DNA of 63,109 nt, counting the filler, from Globobulimina sp. (taxonomy: Eukaryota), in assembly GCA_003354225.1 (NCBI GenBank). It is 46 parts of 46 records of this genome, joined end to end, with 100 filler letters (N's around TTAATTAATTAA, not from the genome) between each part and the next. Parts side by side here need not be neighbours in the genome. Positions count along the whole stretch, not along the records: positions 23,372 to 24,645 come from PIVH01019630.1; positions 24,746 to 26,019 come from PIVH01019631.1; positions 26,120 to 27,393 come from PIVH01019632.1; positions 27,494 to 28,767 come from PIVH01019633.1; positions 28,868 to 30,141 come from PIVH01019634.1; positions 30,242 to 31,515 come from PIVH01019635.1; positions 31,616 to 32,889 come from PIVH01019636.1; positions 32,990 to 34,263 come from PIVH01019637.1; 38 more parts are not named here. One strand, given 5' to 3'. A program made the position numbers and the translations under genes. The notes under the pieces are model-generated. The model did no database searches and was not told where the DNA came from. It saw nothing but the letters and a program-made list of their open reading frames with translations. How positions within the stretch are numbered: position 1 is the stretch's first letter; each line of letters starts with the position of its first letter. This document shows positions 23,372 through 34,600 of this stretch, piece by piece.

Positions 23372-24111
23372 TTGCCGAAAATATTATAATATGCTTCATC
23401 AATTTGTAACGGATCGTGTGACAAATGGCTGGCATATACAATAAAAAAGGGATTGTCTGCGGTGGAATTGTCATAGTTATCAATTAAATTATACACTTTT
23501 TTCGCAAATTTAAACTCTTCAAACTCGCCATCATTTGCATCATTATATGCAGGATTGTGAGTGTCCCATAGATCATAGACTTGAAACCCGTATTTTTGAC
23601 ACGGATGCGCCCATTCATAGTTTGTGAAATATGTATTTGCGTGAGATAAATAACCAAAACTTGAGTCGTATCCTCGGTTTACTGGGAGTTGATTTGGTGT
23701 AGAACTGCCGGCGTCCCATTTGCCTATAAACGCAGTTGCATAATTAATTGCAGAATATTTGAGCTTCTCTGCGATCAGTGTCATGTTGATGGCCGCTCCG
23801 GAATATTGATTCGATGCTGACTCGCCATTACTTAGATTTATATGAACGGGGAGCCTTCCGGATTGAAAAGAAGTACGTGTTGGACTGCAAGAATAATGAA
23901 CGTAATGTCTGTTTAAAATTAAGCCTTCCTTTGTGGCCAAATTGTTTATATTTGGCGTTTCTATTTCTGTATTTGTTGGTGAATTATATCCAATATTGCC
24001 CCAACCTAAGTCATCTATCAGAAGGAATAATATGTTCGGAGCTGTAGCATTGATAATAGTGATGAACAACACTGATATCGATGCTACTACTCGTACTGGT
24101 GACGATGGCAT
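23372..24111 (-). CDS. Secreted arylsulfatase B-like sulfatase, 3' partial
   Basis: Signal peptide, PNILFLLIDDLGW, CSPTR (CxPxR), IGKWDAG, RGYD. Confidence 0.92.
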
Positions 24112-24745
24112 TTTTGTTTGATACTCTGTGGAGGACTTACAACAAAGTTTTGGTTGGTTTTGATGAACGTTAATAGCTTATTGTGCAAGTTCGATCAATG
24201 ATCATTTGTTTTCATGACTTTTTTTTGTGCTATTAAAGCAGAAATAATCACTCTTCTAACAATGTTAAGTTAACTTAAGTGGAAATAAAAGGATTTGGAT
24301 TAATTCACATGTTTGTAATTGGTTGATACATATTGTATTGCGTTGGTGTTTTTGATTTAAAATAAAATGCAATATCCTTAGAAGAACATCCATCGTTAAT
24401 ATCCAATTTCTGCCAATTTATCAGCAATTATTAGGCTCCAATGATAACTGAGTGCATTTGTTTGATTGAACATTTTGCATAATCTTTGAGTGTAATGCAT
24501 GTGTTGTTATTTTGTTTAATTCGCCCACCAAACACTTTTTGATACCATTCAGAAATGTGTTGCATTACAGAAAAATCTTTTGTTTCTATACGAATTCCAT
24601 CATTTAATGCATTTCCTCCTCTAAATACCCGGACATAATTGATGCNNNNNNNNNNNNNNNNNNNNNNNNNNNNNNNNNNNNNNNNNNNNTTAATTAATTA
24701 ANNNNNNNNNNNNNNNNNNNNNNNNNNNNNNNNNNNNNNNNNNNN

Positions 24746-25294
24746 CAAACCAAGAGTATATACTGTTTTGTAGTTGGTCGGTGTTTGTATTTGTATTACA
24801 ATTGGTGCTATTTTTATTGGTATTGTATTGGTATTGTGGCTGTGTTTGTTGTGTTTGTTGTGGTTGTTGTGGCTGCTGTGGTTGCTGGTTATTGTTAAAA
24901 AAACTGTTAATAATATTACCGTTATTGAGTGGTTTGTCATTCGCAAATGTCTGAAATTGCGATTGTGGTGGGTTGCTATTATGGTTATGATTGCGATTGT
25001 GTTGGATTGTGTTATTGGAATTGAATGGCCATGGTTGTGATTGCCATTGTGGTGGATTGCTAATTATGTTTTGGGATTGTTGTTGATTGCTTGTATTATT
25101 TGCTCCGCAAACAAAACTATATATAATTTATTTACAAATAGATACTGTTGTAAAGAGATTGAAATACCTACCATGCATTAGTAGACCATGGATTGGTGGA
25201 TGCGCTATGTTTATTTTATTTTTGTAAATTATATATATGCGTTTGGGATAAATTCATACCATACTCCACAATTCCAATTATTCCAATTAAACAT
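24746..25294 (-). CDS. RanBP2-type zinc finger protein with N/Q-rich tail (introns 25205-25259 and 25117-25171), 3' partial
   Basis: Spliced product MFNWNNWNCGVCASTNPWSTNACFVCGA matches W-x-C-x2-C-x3-N-x6-C-x2-C exactly. Confidence 0.85.
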
Positions 25295-27493
25295 TTCAAA
25301 TTTTATTTTTAACTTCCAAAAAAGAATGTTTATATTATATATAATCTTCCACGTTATAATACTGTATTGAGTGGAGAAGAGGATGTTGGAAAAGTTTTTT
25401 GAGTTTGGAGAAAACCGAAGTGAACAAATGTCACTCTTTACATGAACAATCATCATTATTGTACGATATTGTGTTATTGTTAATATTTGAAAATTGAATT
25501 ATTGCACATATTTTATATTCTTGTACATTTTCTGTAAATTTCTGACAAAAATGATCCCTCGCAATTTACAAAACGTATCGAAAACGGCATCACATTCACA
25601 TAAATATGCTTTATTCCATGCACATAAACGGAAAATTATCAACAACAACACATTACATTCGAATACATTATCAATGTCATATAACCCATCATCGACACCA
25701 TCATCCTATGCATTAACCAACAATTCAAATTCATCTATCACATACAATCAAAAATATTGTTTCTCAAAAACAAAAAAAACACATCCGACTGACACGAGTG
25801 ACCACAAACAATCCACTCCGTCAAATCTTAATTTATCACCAAAAGAACAAGAAAACATCGGAAATATTTTCCAAAATTTATCTAAAACGGGACAGACGAA
25901 TTTTGTACAATTTATCTCGCAAATTCTGAATATTTCCTCTCTTCATACTCTACAATTATCATCTATTGATTTACTAATACAATACGAAAAGAGTTTTGAA
26001 TCTGTTTTAGAACTTTTGANNNNNNNNNNNNNNNNNNNNNNNNNNNNNNNNNNNNNNNNNNNNTTAATTAATTAANNNNNNNNNNNNNNNNNNNNNNNNN
26101 NNNNNNNNNNNNNNNNNNNGCATGAGCTTTTTTAGATCGTTTTTGTTGCTATTTATTATGTACATTTTATACATAAATAATATAATTTATGATTGATCTT
26201 TAATTAATTTAAAATGTTTAGCCTTTGTCCCATAAGAGTTTCCGTGAAATAAGTAGCGACTTTATATATGAGTTTGATTGAGTGACTGTTCATATTTTGA
26301 TTGAGTGATCTAACATACTGTTTTTCTCATAATGGCAAAAGTGCCTGTATTATTTAGTTAGTTTGTTTGGATATTGTTTAAAAACAATATCAAAACAATG
26401 TATCTTAAGGCAATACTGTTTAAAACACTGTTTAATTTTTACACGGAAAAAAGTGCAAGTTTGGTGATATGTAAAAACAGTATATGACATATTGTTCAAC
26501 AAAACACACTATACCCAATATTATTTTGATATGGTTGTGTGAATTTTCTTTTATTTTGTTTGCTATATGTTGTGTTTGACAATCTTATGATGTAATGTCT
26601 CACAACAATCTTATGATTATTTATTAAGTCAATGTTCGAGCACTTGTGTGCCTTTTTGGGGAAGAAAAAAAAAAGTGTTTGTACTAGCACTGAATATACA
26701 GTACAAATATTTCAGACAGTATATTTTTCTATGGCATTAAAAACAATACCAGAAGCATAAACATATCATATTTTACACTGTCTATTTGTACTGTCAATCA
26801 GTATAAATTTTATACCCGTACACAGTACATTTTTGGAGAGGTCTATTTACTCAAATGTTTTTTTAGAGTAAATACTTCATTTACTTAAGTCGTTTCGCAG
26901 TTCTTTTATCTTCTTGAAAGATAAAAAAAACCAGGAGCCCCATATAAACTCGACAAAACCCATTAGTCACACTACTTCGTTAGTGCTTTCCTAACAGGAT
27001 AAAAGATATGCAGCTACGTACTCATAATTCCATTTTGTACTTGTAAAACTCATAATTAGCATTTTTAGCATCAATAAACTGAATAATATCACACATTGTG
27101 ACAACTTCTCAAAAACAAACCACCCTACAAAACTGCAAAACTCTGCACATACTGACTACCAACCATGTTGAACATGTTCATGCTGATCATCATTTTGTTG
27201 ACCCACAAAATAATTGGAGCACAACAAATGCAACATAAAGTTATGTGAACTTATTTGTGTCTATTTAACATCTTACATTCATTCCGTTTAATTTTGTTTG
27301 AATTGATTGTAGCATTCAAAAAATATGGGAATCAGGAGATTATTACCAAATGTTAAGAAAGCACAGAGATCATTGTTAAGTGGAGTGCTGCCGNNNNNNN
27401 NNNNNNNNNNNNNNNNNNNNNNNNNNNNNNNNNNNNNTTAATTAATTAANNNNNNNNNNNNNNNNNNNNNNNNNNNNNNNNNNNNNNNNNNNN

Positions 27494-28048
27494 GTTTGTT
27501 GTGGTGTTTATTGAGGTAACATTGTTGTTGTTATTGTAGTTCTGAGATAACATATTGTTCATATTATTCATCGTATTCATCGTATTCATGTTGTTGTTGT
27601 TATTATAATTATTGTTATATTGAGGTTGTTGGTATGTTGATTGGATTGGTTTTTGCGAGTATGAATTGTATTGATTGTGATTATAATTGTTATTGTTATT
27701 AATATTATTGTTGTTGATATTTGTATTGGTACTGTTATTGTTATTGTTGTTGTTATATTGCATCGTAAAATTATGACTAGCAATACTATGATTATTATGT
27801 TGAGGGACTGGGACTGGGACTGGGACAACGGACACATTTATTGCTTTCCTTTTTCCATTTTGACCAAAAATAGGCTGATATTGGACATGTTGCCCAGGTG
27901 CAAGGCTTTTAAAATGTGAATAGGTTATGATATCTTTCCAATGCACAAAGATGCTCACAGAATTATCGTTGGGTGTAATCCATCCATAACCTTTGCTGCA
28001 ATCAAAACTAGCACATGTACCATGACATATGTTATTACAATTTGACAT
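27494..28048 (-). CDS. Cold-shock domain protein with Asn/Gln-rich tail, 3' partial
   Basis: GTCASFDCSKGYGWITP...IFVHWKDI...FKSLAPGQHV...KAINVS. Confidence 0.88.
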
Positions 28049-28867
28049 TGTTCAGTTCACTCTCTTCTGTATGTTATGTGTTGCAAATAATGAAATGATG
28101 GAACAAGTTGTTGTTAGAAGTAAAAAAATGTAAAGTGAAAATTGTGATTTTAATCCACATTTTTCAGGTGACAGACCATGTCTGCTAAAAAACAAGACTT
28201 TAATTTTGATGAAAGTGTACAAGGGAAATATGGTCAATTGAAGACTGTCAAGTCTTTTCTTGAGCTATCAATCAAAGCATATGATGATAATCTGCAAGGA
28301 TTATTGAGTTAAAATTTTGTTTTTATATATAAATAAAATTATAATCAACAAATAATTGACAGAATTTTTAAGCGAAGAGAATGAAACTTTGGAGAACAAT
28401 ATGTTGACAGAAATGAATGATGAATCCGTCTCAGAATTGGTGAGTAAATATGGCATAAATCCAGAAATATTGATAAGATTATTAACAAAACTCAGCGACT
28501 CTTTGGTTGAACCATTAGTCGAAGGATACTATGATCGAACAAATGATTTTGGAGATGCCACCAATTCAAAATATAGAAAAAAGAAAAAAAAGAAAGGTAA
28601 AAAAAAAGCAAAGCCATACAAGACACAAACAAACGTTGGCCGCAAACGCAGCAAAAACAAAAACAAAAACAAAAAGCCAAAAAATATAAAAGCATCAAGT
28701 TAATTATATAAAAATCCATGTTCATTGTGCAAGGATACAAATTAACAAATAAATACATATAAATAGCNNNNNNNNNNNNNNNNNNNNNNNNNNNNNNNNN
28801 NNNNNNNNNNNTTAATTAATTAANNNNNNNNNNNNNNNNNNNNNNNNNNNNNNNNNNNNNNNNNNNN

Positions 28868-29738
28868 TTTTTAGTGATTTACTTTGGGTTTCGATCCGTT
28901 TCGAGACTCTCCTGCGGATTTCAGGCGTTTTGGACTGGTTTTTGAGCGATTTGCTCTCAGTTTGGAGTCTTTTGGATTTGCGTCGGTTGCTTTGAGAGGA
29001 TGAACGTGGTCGGCATGGGGAGGATGATTTATTTTCAGTTTCGATCCGTTTTGATTTTCTGCGATTTGATTTATTTTCGGGTTTAACGTCGATGCGTTTG
29101 GATTTGCGTCGATGTTGGTTCATATCGTTGTGTTTGTTGTTGGTTTGGATCTGTTTGGATTTGCGCCGATGTTGGTTCATATCGTTGCGTCTATTTCCGG
29201 TTTGGATCTGCTTCGATTTGCGTCGATGTGGCTGGCTGTTTGTGTGTTTATTTTCAATTTGTTTTGATTTGCGGCGCTCTTTGTGTTTATTGTTTGGTTC
29301 GGTTTCAATTCGTTTTGATTTGCGTCTGTTTTTGGGCGTATTGCTATGATTTGTATTGTTTTGGGAGTTAGTTTCGGTTTGAATGCGTTTGGATTTTCTA
29401 CGATGATTTTGTGGTTCGGTTGGGATTATTTTCGAGGATCGCTTCACTTTTTTTATTTTTTCCATATGCCCTTTTTTCGAATTTTTCCTTATTTTTATTT
29501 TTATGTCTTTTGTATTTTTTTTATCTGATTCTTTGATTTTATTTAATTTATAAGTCAATGATGGAGTTAATGAATTTCTTTGCTTATTTTGTTTTGATTT
29601 ACTGTTTGTCAGCGACGTTTTATGTTTCTTTGGTTTGCTGGTTTTTGCTTTTTTAGGCAGAATTTCACAAATATTATCATCTTCATCGCTTAGTTCTAAT
29701 AAACCCATCAAATCCTCTGAAGCCATAATAGTTGTCAT
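28868..29738 (-). CDS. Basic protein with nine RRKSK(R/Q)(I/L)-type repeats, 3' partial
   Basis: Repeats visible in the protein and as (G)ATTTGCGTCG-like units in the DNA. Confidence 0.6.
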
Positions 29739-29805
29739 GATATAAAAGTAAATGTTTTTTTTGGTCCAAAAAATCACAAAAACATCAAGAAAACAACAAG
29801 AAATC

Positions 29806-30141
29806 ATGATGCTACTCTCTCTGTTATTCGCATTGGTATATTTGTTAAGTCCATGTACAGGCCAAACCACAACAAATACTGTACGTTTTTGGACATATAA
29901 AATAAAAGTCGGCGTCACAATGACCTATACATTATCTTCATTAAATGCAACACTTTCTGAAATAGGCCTAGTTACGGATGGTTTGATGGTAATTGAGAGT
30001 CAAACACAAATAGATGCAACGACAAAATTACGAGCAGACATAGATTACAAAGCATATGTCGACATAGATTTTATTCAAAATCAATTGAATGATACGTTTT
30101 CAAATACTATGATTCTAAATTTTACCCTCTGGACAGGTATA
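29806..30141 (+). CDS. Hypothetical secreted protein, 3' partial
   Basis: Signal peptide MMLLSLLFALVYLLSPCTG. Confidence 0.5.
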
Positions 30142-30409
30142 NNNNNNNNNNNNNNNNNNNNNNNNNNNNNNNNNNNNNNNNNNNNTTAATTAATTAANNN
30201 NNNNNNNNNNNNNNNNNNNNNNNNNNNNNNNNNNNNNNNNNCTCATTGTTTTAAAGTGCTACTTCTAGTTTCTAGAGCCAACGGATGAATATTTAGTGTA
30301 AATAAAAGGAGAACGTAGAAATTATGAAAAATTGTATACATGTATTTATATAAAATTGTTGAAAACTGTCAGGAAACACAATTAATGTTTAGTTTTAAGT
30401 TTTGTTTCA

Positions 30410-31473
30410 TTAATTCTCTGACGATTTGCACAGTTTCTTGGGTACATAAATAGCGCCTTGTTTTCCAAAAGGCCCAAATGCTGCTAATAATGCAATAAAA
30501 AATGTGAGTGAAAATACTAAACTAAGTAAAATAATTGACATCATTAAAATTCCCATCTTTTTGAAAACAACCATGCCAGGAAAGATTAAAAAAAATCCAG
30601 AACCAAATGTGGTAATACTCCCAGATGTAATTGATATACCCATTGTATATAACGCATATCTAATTCTTTCATATCTCGTTAATTTACATTCAACATAAGC
30701 TGCAGCAAAATGAACCACGTAATCCACTGAAAAACCAATCATCATCACAATAGAAATACTTTCAACAATACCTATTTGCCACCCTTGTAACTGCATAACC
30801 ATTAATTCGCCGCACATAATGCAAACGACAGTAAGTATTGCAAACATCGAAACAATCCAATTCCTCGTAAATATTATTAAAATGGCAAATGCTGCCGGCA
30901 ATGCTATGGCAAGCCCTTGTATTGCACTCGGAAGATATGCATCTGCAGATTCCATGAAACCAAAATGCTCTGACGATGTGAAAGCACCAGAAATATTTGC
31001 ATTTGGTGCTAAATCATTCCATTCTCTCACTTTAAAATCTAAATCATTTTTTGCTGCATATTTTAATTGATCATCATCACTTGGTGAGACTGTTAATGTA
31101 AACTGTATTGCGACATATTTTAATCGATTTTCCTCCGCGTTGTAGCCAACCGCACCATCAGCCAAATGTTGATGTTCTTCTGTTGTCCAATTTGCTATCA
31201 ATTGATGAAATGTTCTTCTTTGAATATCAGCATCAGCACTAAAATTAAACGGAAATTGCATATTCAAAGCACTTGACTTAGAAACATAAGTTATTAAATC
31301 ATAGAGAAAACAGTTAAGTTCTTCAGATGGATTAAATAATATAGGCGAATTTTTCAATTCTTGACAAATATCATAAATATATTGTTGTGATTCAACTGAC
31401 GATATATCGAAATGTTTATCATAACGAACGGTTCCACGGTCCACAGGATTCCACCGGTTCGCATCTGGTCTGT
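30410..31473 (-). CDS. Dispatched/Patched-like RND transporter, final exon
   Basis: GWQIGIVESISIVMMIGFSVDYVVH (GxxxD motif), six C-terminal TM segments, ALLAAFGP; acceptor AG at 31474-31475. Confidence 0.88.
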
Positions 31474-31756
31474 CTATATATACATATTAAAGTGCAGGTT
31501 AAATATTAAAAAAATNNNNNNNNNNNNNNNNNNNNNNNNNNNNNNNNNNNNNNNNNNNNTTAATTAATTAANNNNNNNNNNNNNNNNNNNNNNNNNNNNN
31601 NNNNNNNNNNNNNNNATTTACAGTTTTTTACAGATTATTCAAAATAAAAACATTGAAAGTCAAAATTGAATTCTTAAAGGTTGTGTTTCATCGGGAACCA
31701 TTAACATTTTATTATTAACCTATTTTCCTTCCGGGTTTTTCTACATTTGTTTATAC

Positions 31757-32521
31757 ATGGCATATTATGGAGCTCCTGGACCAGGACCACAGGCACAGAG
31801 ACGTCGTAAGAGAACTGTAGAAACGTTTAACATGTATGTTTTCATAACGCATTTTGCATGAAACCTTGCCAAATACATAATAAATTTTAACAGTTATATT
31901 TATAAAGTATTAAAATCGATGCATCCATCATTAGGAGTAACTAAAAACGCAATGGCTGTGATAAATTCATTTGTATTTGATTTTTTCCATAGAATTTGCA
32001 AAGAGGCAAAGAATTTGCAACAATTCTGTCGCAAATTATCTTTGACAGAAAAAGACATCAATACAGCCATACAATTAATACTACCAAATGAATTGGCAAA
32101 ACAGGCAATATCTGAAAATACAAAAGCAATCACAAAGTTTCAATGCTCTGTGGGTGGACCTGTATGCAGCAGATCTGAGCGTTGTGGTCTTCTATTTCCA
32201 GTTGGAAGGATTCAAAGATATATAAAACAGTATGGATATACTGATCGCATCGCCAATTTAACGGCTATAGCTTTAGCCTCTACATTGCAGTATTTAACAT
32301 CTGAACTATTGGAAGCTGCGGGGAACATTGCAAACGATCAAAGCAAGAAACGGATAGACCCAAGACATGTATTATTTGCCTTGCAGAATGATGATGATTT
32401 TAGTAAGTTAACTGATAATGTATGTATTCCAAATGCTGGAGTTAAACCAGATGCTGATAAGTCATCACTTGGTGTGGACATAGATGAAGGCAGTGTTAAT
32501 GACGGTGTTGATGATATTTAA
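31757..32521 (+). CDS. Fused histone H2B-H2A doublet (234 aa; exons 31757-31833 and 31894-32521)
   Basis: H2B fold ETFNI|YIYKVLKSMHP...LILPNELAKQAISENTKAITKF joined in frame to H2A fold SRSERCGLLFPVGRI...YLTSELLEAAGN...RIDPRH...NDDDF; 60-nt GTATGT...CAG intron containing an in-frame TGA. Confidence 0.93.
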
Positions 32522-32614
32522 TGTGATTTTATTGTGCATGTTCTCCGTGCTCGTGTGTACAGTGCTGTTTTTAATCTTTAATACACAGCAAGTTGGTAAA
32601 CGACATAACTCGAC

Positions 32615-32666
32615 AAATATTTGCCCCAAGATAGTTTCCAGGCATTTCTGTTTGGGGCAAATATTT
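32615..32666. repeat. 15-bp perfect inverted repeat with 22-nt spacer
   Basis: AAATATTTGCCCCAA (32615-32629) / TTGGGGCAAATATTT (32652-32666). Confidence 0.85.
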
Positions 32667-32989
32667 TTCGAATTAAGAATTTTTCCCAACTATACTGCTG
32701 TGGTTCACACTAAAAAAAAATCGTATTATGGCATCAATATTTTGCTTTCTTTTATACTTTCGTCTATTAAATTCAGCAGTTTAAAAATCCCCAAATATTA
32801 CAAAAAATTGGAAAAATACAAAAAAAAATTTGGCCAGGACATAAATTAAATTGGCCAGGCCAAGAAAAGGTGCTTTTCCATGAAATAAANNNNNNNNNNN
32901 NNNNNNNNNNNNNNNNNNNNNNNNNNNNNNNNNTTAATTAATTAANNNNNNNNNNNNNNNNNNNNNNNNNNNNNNNNNNNNNNNNNNNN

Positions 32990-34263
32990 GTGCCATTATA
33001 ATACTGTTTATAATCTGTTTCTACATTATTGATAAACGCGTTTCCTTTGTTTCGAACTAATATGGCATGGACCCCGCTTCCTGCAACAATAAAATGATTG
33101 AGATCTAACTTGCCCGCATTATAAATTAATGAATATTTATTTAATTGGTAATCGTAATAAAACCGACACAGCACAAGTTCGTCCAAACAGAGCCGATTTG
33201 AAAATGAACGAATTTCGTCATAAGTTATGTCATTTGAAACTTTTAAATTTGTAATATTGAGCACACCATGATTCTCTATCAATTGTATAGGCACAGAACA
33301 CTGCATTTCTTCCACAGTGTAAGGACCATAAACAACGGTGTAACCACCATAACAATTATCATCCACATTATATTTATATTTTAAAGCAATGTTTGTGAGT
33401 TGAATATTGTTATCAGTATCAATGACGAATAATGATTCCATGTCATCCTCCAAATGTAACTGGTTTGTGCTGATAAACACATCCTTGATAGATATGATAT
33501 GTTCATTTGTGGTGATTAAAATAGCACCATCATTAATATCGAGAAAGTCACAAAATGCAATGTCAAATACAACTGTCCATGATCCAAAATAGGAAGAAGA
33601 ATGAATCAGAGAATATGAGGTGAAAATGTTTGAAAATATGGAATTATAAATGTTAATGACACGCGTGTTTGAATAAATATTGTCTGCATCAATGAATATG
33701 AAGGATCCTAACATATTTTCATAATTTAATATAGAACAATTGTCGATATCTAATACCATTTCACCATCGCCAGAAGATTTTAATTGAATGAATGATGTCT
33801 TAAAATCATAATTTCCATTCAACGAAATGTTTGCAAAATTAGTGTCCAAAATGGTTATCGATGGTGCTGTGATAAAATAGTCGAGTTCGAGCCAATTTGT
33901 TCGGTCAATGTCTTCAAATTTACAATGTAATAATGCTAACAACCAATTATCGCCGAGACGTATAATGCCCTGAACACCGTCAGAGGTAAATGTAAAATGG
34001 TCAAAAATAAAGTTATTTAAAGTGATGGATTGTTTAGAGTCACGGCTTGAATCGGTATAAAATATAAATGTATTTCGCATGTTCTGTGTGCAAATATCAG
34101 GAAACCAGTCTTGTAGTGTATGGATTGTCTGGTTATCAAAGGTGATGGAAATGGATTTATTAAAGTCTACGTATAATGAACACGGTGTCCAACCATCTCC
34201 GAAATAATAACCATCGCTTTTAAATCGAGTAAGATATTCTGAATTGCTTTGTTTGTTGTCATT
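32990..34263 (-). CDS. Fragment of a large beta-helix-like extracellular protein
   Basis: Long ORF with repeated N/D-x-F-x-N-I and IxNxG strands. Confidence 0.45.
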
Positions 34264-34600
34264 NNNNNNNNNNNNNNNNNNNNNNNNNNNNNNNNNNNNN
34301 NNNNNNNTTAATTAATTAANNNNNNNNNNNNNNNNNNNNNNNNNNNNNNNNNNNNNNNNNNNNAAAGGACTCCGTCGGCCATGACTCATCAATTGTTGTA
34401 TTACGTCACCTTTCGCCAACAGAAAACAAGCAGACAGTGACCCTCTTAACGTTCAGACGGCTAGTTATTAAGCTTATTGTTTGTAAAACTGCGTTGGAGA
34501 GTTGCCAAAATCGATTAAGCCTATTCAAAGCTAACAGGTATTAGTCTTAGCATATCTGTATAGTATGCGCTGTGTGTGGTCTATTTGTGTAATGTAAATA

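Noticed and set aside
24774-25040. Hydrophobic plus-strand ORF resembling a membrane protein (likewise 164-469, 8640-8984, 27671-27919, 29092-29349)
   Set aside because: Antisense shadows of N/Q/K-rich coding sequence on the other strand
25490-25497. AAAATTGA upstream of the ORF at 25551
   Set aside because: Single occurrence in AT-rich DNA on an intron-containing eukaryotic contig; expected by chance
26120-27393. Contig without a convincing ORF, with scattered CAGTA/TACTG motifs
   Set aside because: No consistent repeat unit, terminal repeats or RNA-gene signature that I can support
1383-32521. Apparent chromatin gene cluster (H3, H2B, RBBP4, H2B-H2A doublet)
   Set aside because: They lie on three separate length-sorted contigs; only H2B and H3 are physically linked
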